NCBI GenBank assembly: GCA_910577505.1
Contig: CAJTLN010000002.1
Span: 114,740-178,739, forward strand
DNA: 64,000 nucleotides
Reading direction: 5' to 3'
DNA from: an uncultured Bacilli bacterium
GTDB lineage: Bacteria; Bacillota_I; Bacilli_A; RF39; UBA660
Positions 38,165 through 47,519 of the stretch are shown one piece after another (position 1 is the first letter of the stretch; every line of letters begins with the position of its first letter). The position numbers and the translations under genes are program-made. A model generated the notes under the pieces. The model did not search any database. It was not told the origin of the DNA and worked only from the letters and a program-made list of their open reading frames with translations.

Positions 38165-38356
38165 TTTAATAGGTGATGGAATGGTGAATGAATATAATAC
38201 AGAAACAGAAGTTATGATAAATAAATATACTATTGTTAAGGTTTTATATACAAGTAATTAGATACCTTTTAAAATAACTGTCTAATAGGAGTCAATAATA
38301 ATGAATTTTAATTTATGAATTGATATAATAAAGATGGTAGTAAAGGTAGTGGTTTG

Positions 38357-39439
38357 ATGGAAAGTGTTTATATACATATTCCTTTTTGTAAGAGCATTTG
38401 CAGTTATTGTGATTTTTGTAAAATGTTATATAACGGCTCTTGGGTTACGCAATATTTAAATGCTTTAATAAATGAAATACAAGATAGGTATTTAGGAGAA
38501 GAAATAAGAACTTTATACATAGGTGGGGGGACACCTTCTTCGTTATCAATAAAAGATATAAGATATTTATTTGAAATAATAAGTCGTTTAAATTTGAATA
38601 AGTTAGAAGAGTTTACTTTTGAATGTAATTTAAATGATATAAGTGAAGATTTACTTCAAGTATTAAGAGAAAATGGTGTAAATCGTCTTAGTATAGGAAT
38701 AGAGTCATTTAATGAAGATAAGTTGAAGTTTATGGAAAGATATCATACATTTAGTGATGCTAAAGATAAGATGAAACTAATTAGAAAAATGGGCTTTAAT
38801 AATGTTAATGTTGATTTAATATATGGAATACCAGGAGAAACATTAAAAGATTTAAAAAAAGATTTAGAACTTATATTAAAACTAGAACCAGATCATATTA
38901 GTACATATTCATTGATAGTTGAAGATAATACAAAAATAGGTATTAATGGTGTTTTACCTATACCAGAGGAATTAGATGCTTCAATGTATGAATATATATG
39001 TGATAAATTGGATATAAAAAAATATAATCACTATGAAATAAGTAATTTTGCATTAAATGGCAAGGAGAGCCGTCATAATTTACAATATTGGAATAATAAT
39101 GAATATTATGGATTTGGTTTAGGAGCTCATGGTTATATTCATGGTGTTAGATATGAAAATACAAGAAGTTTAACTAAGTATGTTAAGGGTGAGTTTTTAA
39201 AAAGTGAAGAAATACTTAGCAAGGAAGATAAGATGTATAATGAATTAATGCTTGGTTTTAGAAAAATGGAGGGCATTAATTTAAAAGATTTCTTTATGAA
39301 ATATGAAGTTAATATGCAAGAGGTATTTGATTTACATGAAGTTTTAAGAGATGAAGAATTAATTGTTGATGGGGAATATATTTATGTTAATCCAGAATAT
39401 ATATATGTTATGAATGAAATACTGATTAAAATAATTTAG
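38357..39439 (+). CDS. hemW: radical SAM heme chaperone HemW (HemN-like coproporphyrinogen-III oxidase family)
   Basis: YIHIPFCKSICSYCDFC (CxxxCxxC radical-SAM cluster) ...LYIGGGTPS... with HemN C-domain. It occupies the conserved lepA...hemN...hrcA neighbourhood. Confidence 0.85.
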   Translation: MESVYIHIPFCKSICSYCDFCKMLYNGSWVTQYLNALINEIQDRYLGEEIRTLYIGGGTPSSLSIKDIRYLFEIISRLNLNKLEEFTFECNLNDISEDLLQVLRENGVNRLSIGIESFNEDKLKFMERYHTFSDAKDKMKLIRKMGFNNVNVDLIYGIPGETLKDLKKDLELILKLEPDHISTYSLIVEDNTKIGINGVLPIPEELDASMYEYICDKLDIKKYNHYEISNFALNGKESRHNLQYWNNNEYYGFGLGAHGYIHGVRYENTRSLTKYVKGEFLKSEEILSKEDKMYNELMLGFRKMEGINLKDFFMKYEVNMQEVFDLHEVLRDEELIVDGEYIYVNPEYIYVMNEILIKII

Positions 39440-39463
39440 ATTAGTTTTTATAAAAATAATAAA

Positions 39464-39498
39464 AGACAAATAAGAGATGAACTTATTTGTCTTTTTTT
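39464..39498 (+). terminator. strong rho-independent terminator
   Basis: agacaaataag-agatgaa-cttatttgtct (11-bp stem) followed by T7. Confidence 0.8.
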
Positions 39499-39560
39499 GA
39501 TATTATTTAAAAAGTTTTTTTATGTCTTCAGGATTGTACGTTTCAATTTTTCTTGCAACT

Positions 39561-40024
39561 TTAGTAGTTTGCAAATAGGTATGCAAGGTCATATCTTTTT
39601 AATTCTATTAGACGATTTATAATGAGAGGACTAGTTATTTCATCACTTATGTTAGCACTATTTTTGATAATAATTTTAATGATTTCTTCTAGGTTTTTTT
39701 GTTGATATTCTTTTACTATATAAGCGCCTTCACTTTGACCAAATTCGCTTATTATTTCTTGAGTTGTAAAATCATTAATAATAATATTAATAAAATATTC
39801 AGGACTTTTTTCTTTCAGAGCATTTAGGACTATTGTGGTTATTTTAGGGTTAATAGTTCTTCACCTAAATAATCTGCAAAAGATTCAATATTAAATTCGC
39901 TTCCAGCGGCTATTTTATTTATTAACGTTTCTCTTAATTCGGTATTGGAAGATATTATTTTATAATCTTCATTAGTTAATGAAGAGGTGTCAGAATTTAT
40001 TTTGTTTAAAATTTCTTTTTCCAT
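39561..40024 (-). pseudogene. frameshifted small gene (61-codon ORF with start, continuing in another frame for ~91 codons without a start)
   Basis: Reverse ORF 39839-40024 (MEKEILNKINSD...GEELLTLK*) is directly followed, in a different frame, by an open frame encoding TIVLNALKEKSPEYFINIIINDFTTQEIISEFGQSEGAYIVKEYQQKNLEEIIKIIIKNSANISDEITSPLIINRLIELKRYDLAYLFANY* that has no initiation codon. Confidence 0.3.
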
Positions 40025-40156
40025 ATAATTACCTTCTATCTATCTTTTAAAATTATATCATATTTGCAATAAGTTTTAATTATTAAAAATTAAAATAATT
40101 TTTTTTGATCTTAAATTATGATATAATTTGTTTATACTATTGAAAGGTAGGATAAA

Positions 40157-42439
40157 ATGGAAGATAAAGAATTAGAAAAGACTAAGCCTATTGAAGTTAT
40201 TAATGAAGAAATTGAAAGTCGTAGTGAACGATATAATGAAGATTTTAGCGATGACTTGTCTAGAGAACAAAAGTATAAAGATAAAATAGAAGTTGAAGAA
40301 AGAAAAGTAGAAGAAGAAGCTGCTGAAGAAGCTTTAGCCGAAAAAAATATTGCATTGGCAGAATCATATTTAGCAGAAGAAAGACAAGAAGAAGTTTTAG
40401 AAGAACCAGTTCTACAGAAAAAAATGAACTTGATAGATAAAATAAAAGCTAAATGGGAAGATATGGATAAAAAACAAAGAATAATGTTAATTGTGATTCT
40501 TGTTTTATTATTGATTTTAATATTAATATTTACAATTTTTATAGTTATTAGGTTAAATAAAAAAGATACTTTAGATAAGCCAGAGAAAAAAGTAGAAGAA
40601 AAAGCTCCAGAAATAACTGATAATTTCTATTATAAAGACGGTAAGTTATATTTTTTAGATGCTTCAGAAAAAGAAATAGGAACATATGAATGTGAAAATA
40701 AGGATTCTAAATTATGTTATGTGGCTAATAATAAATATAGGGATGATTTTGATGTTCCAAAATTAGAAGATGAAGATAAAGAAGAAATAGTTAATAGAAT
40801 GTCAATATATGAGGATAATTATGTTTTTGTTGTAGATACAAGTGATGAGAAGAATAAAGATACTAAGTTATACTCTATAAAAGATAATGAAGTTAAGGAT
40901 GCATATTCTGATGTTAAAGCTTATGATGATAATTATGTTATTGTAGCTAATACAGATAAGAAATATGGTTTAATAGAGATAAATGAAGGAATAAAAGAAG
41001 TTATAAAGAATAATTATGAATATTTAGGATTAATAGATGGAGAAGATAACCTAATTGCTAAAAATAAAAAAGGTTACATTGTTATTGATAAAAAGAATAA
41101 AGAATTAAGTTCTATATTTGATTCTAAGTATGAAATTAAATCGTATAATAATAATTTTGTAGTTGCTAAAGTAGGTAACGAATACTTAGCATTTAATTAT
41201 AAAAATGAAGTTATTGCTAGTGGATATAAATATATAACAGTAGCTGATGATTATGTTGTTGCAGCAAATGATGAGAAAAAAGTTTATATTTATGATGGTG
41301 AAAAAAATAAATATAATGAAGGTAATATATCTTTAAATAATGATAATTATGTTAAGACATATATTTATAATGATAAGGGAAGTATTCTAGAAATAAAGAG
41401 AAGCTTTGAAGTAACTGTTAAAGATACTGTAATAGAAATAGCTGTTTATAAAGAGGGAGAAGATAATCCGACTTATAAAAACATTGATATTGTTGAAGGA
41501 TTAGCAAATAAGAAAAATAAATATGTAAATTATTTTGAAAATAAATTGTATATTTATAAAGATTTAGATAAAACACAATTGTTAACAATTTATACTTGTG
41601 ATAATAAGAATTATATAACTAAAGAGTCAGATACTTTTGATTATTGTTTTATTGCTCAAGATGAAATATATGAAGATCACGATATGATGGAACAAGGATA
41701 TAAAGATAGAAAAGCTTTGGTTCCAATAATAAATAATAGATTTATCTTTATCAAAGATGGTAATAATACAGTAAAATTATATAATTTTGTTGAAGATAAA
41801 GTAATGGGAACATATACAAGTGTTAATTCTTATACTAATAATAATGATTATAGTGTTTCATATTTTGATGGTAAGATTGATATTGTAGGTGTAAATAAAA
41901 AAGGTAAATATGGGGTACTTACAATAGATGGTGATAATGTAAGGGCGAAATATACATTTGAATATAATAAGATAGAAAAAATGGAAGATAATTTTATTGC
42001 TCAAGATTCAAATAATAATTGGAAATTATTAAAGAGTGATGGAAATGAGTCCGAAAGTTTTAAAGGTAAAATAATGGGTTATTCTAAAGATATGAAGTAC
42101 TTTAAAATTAAGGTCGGCAATAATTATGTTGTATATAATGATAATAATGAACAAGTTAGTGTAGATATTCATTCTTATGTTGACTTATATAATGGCTATT
42201 ATGTTGGAGTAGACAAAGAAAAAAAATTGTATATATATGATTATCAAGGTGAAAAATTATCTACAGAAGGGATTAAATTAGGAGATTTTCCTTATGTTAA
42301 TACAAATAATCCTGCATATAAGGTAAAGAAGGTTGGCAATGACTTTGTAGTTTCTGTATATGATGGATCAAATTATATTGATTATAGTACAAAAGCAGAT
42401 AAAGTAGAGACTCCAGAAGAAAATTCGGAAGAATCATAA
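40157..42439 (+). CDS. type-II membrane protein: acidic coiled-coil cytoplasmic N-terminus, one TM helix, large extracytoplasmic WG/KWG-like repeat (beta-propeller-type) domain
   Basis: RBS aaaggtagg. TM helix IMLIVILVLLLILILIFTIFIVI. More than 10 degenerate ~35-45-aa repeats of the form (D/N)NYV.V....KKYG(L/V)I..NG..V(I/L), including NNNWKLLKSDGNE. Confidence 0.5.
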   Translation: MEDKELEKTKPIEVINEEIESRSERYNEDFSDDLSREQKYKDKIEVEERKVEEEAAEEALAEKNIALAESYLAEERQEEVLEEPVLQKKMNLIDKIKAKWEDMDKKQRIMLIVILVLLLILILIFTIFIVIRLNKKDTLDKPEKKVEEKAPEITDNFYYKDGKLYFLDASEKEIGTYECENKDSKLCYVANNKYRDDFDVPKLEDEDKEEIVNRMSIYEDNYVFVVDTSDEKNKDTKLYSIKDNEVKDAYSDVKAYDDNYVIVANTDKKYGLIEINEGIKEVIKNNYEYLGLIDGEDNLIAKNKKGYIVIDKKNKELSSIFDSKYEIKSYNNNFVVAKVGNEYLAFNYKNEVIASGYKYITVADDYVVAANDEKKVYIYDGEKNKYNEGNISLNNDNYVKTYIYNDKGSILEIKRSFEVTVKDTVIEIAVYKEGEDNPTYKNIDIVEGLANKKNKYVNYFENKLYIYKDLDKTQLLTIYTCDNKNYITKESDTFDYCFIAQDEIYEDHDMMEQGYKDRKALVPIINNRFIFIKDGNNTVKLYNFVEDKVMGTYTSVNSYTNNNDYSVSYFDGKIDIVGVNKKGKYGVLTIDGDNVRAKYTFEYNKIEKMEDNFIAQDSNNNWKLLKSDGNESESFKGKIMGYSKDMKYFKIKVGNNYVVYNDNNEQVSVDIHSYVDLYNGYYVGVDKEKKLYIYDYQGEKLSTEGIKLGDFPYVNTNNPAYKVKKVGNDFVVSVYDGSNYIDYSTKADKVETPEENSEES

Positions 42440-42440
42440 A

Positions 42441-42464
42441 AAGAACATTAATTGTTCTTTTTTT
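42441..42464 (+). terminator. rho-independent terminator
   Basis: aagaaca-ttaat-tgttctt hairpin followed by T7. Confidence 0.6.
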
Positions 42465-42519
42465 CTTGTTGACACATTCTTTTTGACTAAATATAATAAA
42501 TTTTTAATTGGGTGGTTTA

Positions 42520-43269
42520 ATGAAAAATATAGATTTATTTTTAAAAATGAAGAAAGATCTTGGTGGTTATCAAATAGGATTTCATAATATAGGATTGAAA
42601 AAATATCAAAGACTTATAAGTGGTGATTATAAATATAAAGATTTGTTTGAAATTACAGGTGCTGATGTTAGCGAAAAAGCAATTGCTGAGAGGATTTTAA
42701 ATAGTGGATTAAAGGTTGTTGAAAGATGTAGGGGATTAAGAAGTACTGTTATGCCAGTTAATGATTTTAATGAGGAAAGTTTAAATTATACATATAATTT
42801 GTATGGAGTTGGAACTACTTATAATATAATTGTCGCAATTCCATATATATTTTATTATAATGGGGAAAAGTATTTTGTGGGAGATATTAATGATTGGGCA
42901 AGTTTTTGTAATATATTTATGTTTCCTTCTGGTATAACTAAAGAATTCATTTATGGCTATTATACAAAGGAAATTGTTGATTCTATTGAGGAACGTGTTG
43001 GTAATAATGTTTGGCATGAGTTGATTTATGATGACGAATTAGAGTTTGTTGATAATCATAATTTTTATGGTAAAATGAGCCAGGAAGACCAAGCACTATT
43101 TTTAAGAGAGATTTTTAAGGGAAGAAGGAGATTATTGAGTAATTTAAAACTTGCTAATAGTGATAAAAAGTGGCCTTTATTATTTAGAACTCCTTATGAA
43201 AGAATGGTTATAAAAAATACAAGAGAAGATGCTAAAAGATTAATATATGAAAAATATGAAAAAAAATAA
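42520..43269 (+). CDS. hypothetical protein
   Basis: ATG with RBS gggtgg. About 250 aa. No motif. Confidence 0.45.
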   Translation: MKNIDLFLKMKKDLGGYQIGFHNIGLKKYQRLISGDYKYKDLFEITGADVSEKAIAERILNSGLKVVERCRGLRSTVMPVNDFNEESLNYTYNLYGVGTTYNIIVAIPYIFYYNGEKYFVGDINDWASFCNIFMFPSGITKEFIYGYYTKEIVDSIEERVGNNVWHELIYDDELEFVDNHNFYGKMSQEDQALFLREIFKGRRRLLSNLKLANSDKKWPLLFRTPYERMVIKNTREDAKRLIYEKYEKK

Positions 43270-43291
43270 CTACAATTTGGTAGTTATTTTT
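43267..43291. terminator. bidirectional rho-independent terminator between convergent genes
   Basis: aactac-aatttgg-tagtt hairpin with an A6 run upstream and T5 downstream. Confidence 0.55.
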
Positions 43292-44267
43292 CTATGTAAT
43301 AAGCGTAATACTCATCAAATGTTATGTTTTCTTCGTAAATTTGTTTTGCTACATCATAGCCAACATATCTAAAATGCCAGCTTTCTGTATTATATCCTGT
43401 TATATGTTCTTTTCCTTCTGGGTAACGAAGAATAAAACCATATTTGTAACAATTATCTTTTAACCAAGCATATTCTTCAGATTCTTTAAACTCATTGGCT
43501 GTTTTATGCTCTAAAGAAGTGATATCGATTGCAAGTCCAGTTTGATGTTCGGAAAAACCTGGACGAGCAGCGTATGAATCAGCATATTTTAAACTTATTT
43601 TTTTATATTCGTTATATATTTCTTCTTGAGATTTGTAAGGACGATATGATGAGTTAATCATTAATCTTACACCAAGGGCTTCATTAACATCGTTGCGCAT
43701 ATTTTCAAAATTTTCAATAACAATACTAGCTACTTTATTGCCAGCGTAAGAATATTGCAAGCTGACGTTTTGTAAGTCAGTTCTTTCATAATTGCTATCT
43801 AAATAATAAAATTTATTAACTATGACTAAATAGTTATTGTCAATGTTGCTTTTATATGTTTCATTATACCATCCGGCATTGGCATGAACATTTACAAGTG
43901 CTATAACATCTTCATATGTTGTTTTTTCGTGGTATTCTTTGTATTCGACATATTTGTCAAAGTATTTTTCTTTATAGTATTTTTGATTTACTATTTGATA
44001 ATATGATTCATTGTATTTTTTAGTAAGAATTTGATCTAATTTATCTGATGAAAGTTTTTCTATTAGTTTTGTTGTCTCTTTTTTAGAATATCCTTTTTCT
44101 AATATTTTATATTCGTATGTTTCTTTGTACTTGAATTCTTCGACAATTTTAATAGATTCATTTATTGTATAAATGAACATTATTATAAAAAATGTGAAAT
44201 AAATTAGGAATCTTTTGAAGCTTGACTTTAGGCGAAGACGCTTTTTCTTCTTTTTTCTTTTTACCAT
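43284..44267 (-). CDS. D-alanyl-D-alanine carboxypeptidase, VanY / peptidase M15B family, N-terminally membrane-anchored
   Basis: SYRPYKSQEEIY...AARPGFSEHQTGLAIDI...WLKDNCYKYGFILRYPEGKEHITGYNTESWHFRYVG are the VanY/M15B motifs (Zn ligands H..D...H). RBS aaaggatg. Confidence 0.8.
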   Translation of the reverse strand: MVKRKKKKKRLRLKSSFKRFLIYFTFFIIMFIYTINESIKIVEEFKYKETYEYKILEKGYSKKETTKLIEKLSSDKLDQILTKKYNESYYQIVNQKYYKEKYFDKYVEYKEYHEKTTYEDVIALVNVHANAGWYNETYKSNIDNNYLVIVNKFYYLDSNYERTDLQNVSLQYSYAGNKVASIVIENFENMRNDVNEALGVRLMINSSYRPYKSQEEIYNEYKKISLKYADSYAARPGFSEHQTGLAIDITSLEHKTANEFKESEEYAWLKDNCYKYGFILRYPEGKEHITGYNTESWHFRYVGYDVAKQIYEENITFDEYYAYYIEK

Positions 44268-44406
44268 TTAATCACATCCTTTATAATATAATTATAGCAA
44301 AATAAATCACTTAATGGTAGATAATAAAATTTTTTTAAGTCGTTCGGATTTTATTGCCTTTTGTCGAAATAAAGTGTATTATTTAAAATAGAGGAGGAGT
44401 GAAAAA

Positions 44407-44973
44407 ATGAGAAAAGGAAAAAGCATAAAGTTAGCAGTAGTAGTAGCTGTATTAGCAATGTTGGTAGGTTTTGCTGCTGTTTCTACTGTTTTAAGATTTA
44501 ATGGTACTGTTTCATTAAAAGGTAATGCTGCTGAATTTGAAAATAATCTTCGTTTTGTTAGTACTGGTGCTAAAGCACCTACAATTGAGTCAAGTATGAA
44601 TAAAACTGGTAATAAGTCAGTATCTGTATCTGATAATGGAAAGCAATTAACTTTTGTTACACCAGAGTTTAATACAGTAGGTGAAACAGCAACTGTTACT
44701 TATTATGTTGAAAATGTTGGTCAATATGACGCTTTACTTGGGGAAATAACTTGTAAGGCTACTGCTACAAATGCAAATTTAGTTGATTATTTAGAAATAA
44801 TTGAAAGTACTAATTATAATGGAACTACACTTGCTGCTGGTAGTGAAGCAAGTCCTACTCAAACTGAAGAAGCTTCAACTATCACAGTTAAGTTAAAGAA
44901 AACTTACGCTAGTGAAGAAACAGGGATAGTAACAATTACTTGTCAATTACCTGCAACAGCTAAAGAAAATTAG
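44407..44973 (+). CDS. small secreted TasA/camelysin-like (SipW-cognate-type signal) protein
   Basis: Strong RBS gaggagg. MRKGKSIKLAVVVAVLAMLVGFAAVSTVLRFNGTVSL resembles the TasA-family signal/N-region (...LVGGGTWAAFND...). The mature ~150-aa beta-rich domain FVTPEFNTVGETATVTYYVENVGQYDALLGEITCKA is paralogous to the N-regions of 47520, 51539 and 58782. Confidence 0.55.
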   Translation: MRKGKSIKLAVVVAVLAMLVGFAAVSTVLRFNGTVSLKGNAAEFENNLRFVSTGAKAPTIESSMNKTGNKSVSVSDNGKQLTFVTPEFNTVGETATVTYYVENVGQYDALLGEITCKATATNANLVDYLEIIESTNYNGTTLAAGSEASPTQTEEASTITVKLKKTYASEETGIVTITCQLPATAKEN

Positions 44974-45012
44974 AAGTTTAGTAGAAAATAGTTAAAGAGT
45001 GGTGATGAAAGA

Positions 45013-46152
45013 ATGTTAAAAATTGGATTACAGATTGTATTTGAAATTTTATTAGCAATATTACTATTCTTTAACGTTTTTGTACTCAGAACTTTTAATT
45101 TAGTTTGGGTATTTATTGGATTATTAGGATTTTTAATTTTTTTATTATTTTTAATTAAGTATAAGAAACCTAGTAAACAAAGAAGTAAGACATTATATTA
45201 TATAGTAGTTGGTGGATGTTTAATTGTTCAAATATCTTTCTATATATGGGGATTATTTACAGGTTTTTCTACAAGTTATAATGTATTTTATAGAAATTAT
45301 TTATCAAAGATTCATATACTTGGTGTATTCTTTATTGTTTCTATAACTGAAATGATAAGATATCTTATTTTCTTAAATTATAATTATAATAAAAAAGATA
45401 AGAAAAAGTATATAGCAAGATTCATAATGATATTTAATTATGTTCTTATAGATTATATGTTGTTAGGAAAAAGTTGTAATTTTACAAGTAGATATGACTT
45501 AGTTAATACTTTATTGACTTTTGTTATTCCTTCAATTGCTAAAAACTTGTTTTTAGATTATACGAGTCAAAAATATGGTTATATAGTTAATTATTGGTAT
45601 CGATTAATAATGGATTTATACTTATATTTTATTCCTATAGAACCAAATGTAAATATATTTATAAAGACTGTAATATTATCAGTTTTACCATATTTTCTAT
45701 ATGTTATATTGGAAAATGTGTTTGGTAATAAAAAGAGAATAGCTCGTAAAGATAAAAAGAAAAACATAAGTGTTAATATTGTAACTTTAGTAATTCTTGC
45801 AGTATTGGTTTATTTAATATCGTGTCAATTTACTTATTCGATGATAGCTGTCGGAAGCGAATCAATGCAGGGGACTATTAATAAAGGTGATGCTGTAATA
45901 TATAAAGAATATAAGGGTGAAAAATTAAGTGATGGAGAAGTAATTGTATTTCGACAAAATAATAAATTAATAGTTCATCGTATATCTTCTGTATTTGAAT
46001 TAGATAATGGAGATCAAGCCTTTAATACAAAAGGTGATGCTAATGTTAGTGAAGATAATTGGATTGTAACTAAAGAAAATGTAGTTGGCGTTGTAAAATT
46101 AAGAGTTTTACTGATTGCATGGCCATCAGTATTATTAAATGAATGGTTGTAA
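45013..46152 (+). CDS. SipW-like (ER/archaeal Sec11-type) signal peptidase I with ~265-aa N-terminal polytopic membrane extension
   Basis: The C-terminal 110 aa carry, in order, the Sec11/SipW boxes: VGSESMQGT (SGSMEP), KGDAVIY (GD), LIVHRIS (HR, His-type catalytic dyad) and TKGDANVSEDN (GDNN). The N-terminal ~265 aa form 6-7 hydrophobic helices. Confidence 0.7.
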   Translation: MLKIGLQIVFEILLAILLFFNVFVLRTFNLVWVFIGLLGFLIFLLFLIKYKKPSKQRSKTLYYIVVGGCLIVQISFYIWGLFTGFSTSYNVFYRNYLSKIHILGVFFIVSITEMIRYLIFLNYNYNKKDKKKYIARFIMIFNYVLIDYMLLGKSCNFTSRYDLVNTLLTFVIPSIAKNLFLDYTSQKYGYIVNYWYRLIMDLYLYFIPIEPNVNIFIKTVILSVLPYFLYVILENVFGNKKRIARKDKKKNISVNIVTLVILAVLVYLISCQFTYSMIAVGSESMQGTINKGDAVIYKEYKGEKLSDGEVIVFRQNNKLIVHRISSVFELDNGDQAFNTKGDANVSEDNWIVTKENVVGVVKLRVLLIAWPSVLLNEWL

Positions 46153-46166
46153 GTGGAGTGATAAAA

Positions 46167-47492
46167 ATGAATGAAGAAAAAAATAATAGAAATAAGAAAG
46201 AGATTATTTTAGTAGCAGTTGGAGCAGTTGTAATTTTAATGCTTACAATGTTTTTATGTTACAAATCAATAAAAAGTAAAGAAGAGTATGTTATGCATTA
46301 TTCTGATAGTTCAGAACTAGATTATAACGTATATTTAAAAAAGAATGATTTTTATACTACTCCATATTTACCTAAAGATAGAGTATATATTTCAACATTA
46401 ATAGATTATATTGATGCGTCTTTCAATTATAATTTTGATGTGGTCGAAGATATTAATTTAGGATATAAATATTATATAAGTGCGAAAGTTGTTGTTGATA
46501 GTAGTTCTGGAAAAAGAATTTTTGAAAGTGAAGATATGCTTTTAGATAAGACAAGACTACAAAGAGTTAAAGATAAGAAATTCTCAATTAAAGAAAATGT
46601 AAAAATAGATTATAATAAATATAATCAATTAGCTAGTTCATTTATCAACAAATATGAACTTTCAGCTAAAGCCAATGTACTTGTAAGTATGTATGTTGAT
46701 GTAGCTGGTACTTATGAAAAATTTGAAAAGGAATTAAATGATTCAGCTGTAGTTAGTTTTGAGATTCCTTTGACTGCTAATACTACAGAATTAAAAATGA
46801 ATTATGATTTAAAAAATAATGTAAATGAAAAATTTGAATATGGTAAAACAAGGATTATTCATCCATTCTTATTTGCTTTATCTATATTAATAGCAATTAT
46901 AGATATTATATGGTTTATATATGAATTAGTTATATATGTTCAAAATAAAGATGTAAAAGTTAAATATAAAGAAAAATTAAAAAAGATATTTAGAGATTAT
47001 GGTCCTTATATTAGTAAGAAAGCAGCATCTACTAATACTAGAGATATTATGTATACTATGTCGTTAAGAATAGAAGTAGTTAATTCTTTTGATGATTTAA
47101 TTAATGTAAGAGATAGTATTGAAAAACCTATTTTGTTCTATGAAGCAATACCTGGAGAGCAGGCAATATTCTATATTATAGATACTAAAGTTTCTTATAT
47201 TTATATAATGAATGCAAGAGATTGTGGTAAGAAAAAAAATGAAGAAATTGAATATACTCAGGAAGAAGAAAAAGATATAGAATCTATTTCTAATATTGAA
47301 AATTTTGAACAAGAAGTTGAAGAGGTAGTAGAAAATGAAGAAACTACTGAAAAAATAAAAGAAGATATTAAAGAAGAAAAAAAAGAGGAATTATCTACTA
47401 TTGATCAAGAGGAAGTAATAGATAAAGATAAAGAAAAAAAGAAAAAGAAGAAAAAAAAGAGTACTAAAAAGAAAAAAGAAGTAGCTGAATAG
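46167..47492 (+). CDS. bitopic membrane protein with extracytoplasmic domain between two TM helices and K/E-rich cytoplasmic tail (possibly DUF5305-like SipW-locus partner)
   Basis: Overlaps the peptidase gene end (start inside its last codons, RBS agtggagtga). TM1 is IILVAVGAVVILMLTMFLC and TM2 is IIHPFLFALSILIAIIDIIWFIYELVIYV. Ends in EEKKEEL...KEKKKKKKKKSTKKKKE. Confidence 0.5.
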   Translation: MNEEKNNRNKKEIILVAVGAVVILMLTMFLCYKSIKSKEEYVMHYSDSSELDYNVYLKKNDFYTTPYLPKDRVYISTLIDYIDASFNYNFDVVEDINLGYKYYISAKVVVDSSSGKRIFESEDMLLDKTRLQRVKDKKFSIKENVKIDYNKYNQLASSFINKYELSAKANVLVSMYVDVAGTYEKFEKELNDSAVVSFEIPLTANTTELKMNYDLKNNVNEKFEYGKTRIIHPFLFALSILIAIIDIIWFIYELVIYVQNKDVKVKYKEKLKKIFRDYGPYISKKAASTNTRDIMYTMSLRIEVVNSFDDLINVRDSIEKPILFYEAIPGEQAIFYIIDTKVSYIYIMNARDCGKKKNEEIEYTQEEEKDIESISNIENFEQEVEEVVENEETTEKIKEDIKEEKKEELSTIDQEEVIDKDKEKKKKKKKKSTKKKKEVAE

Positions 47493-47519
47493 AACTAGAA
47501 AAACAAGGAGATATGCAGT

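Noticed and set aside
42781-43017. 78-aa minus-strand ORF
   Set aside because: Inside + strand gene 42520..43269. No RBS.
47097-47312. 71-aa minus-strand ORF
   Set aside because: Inside + strand gene 46167..47492.
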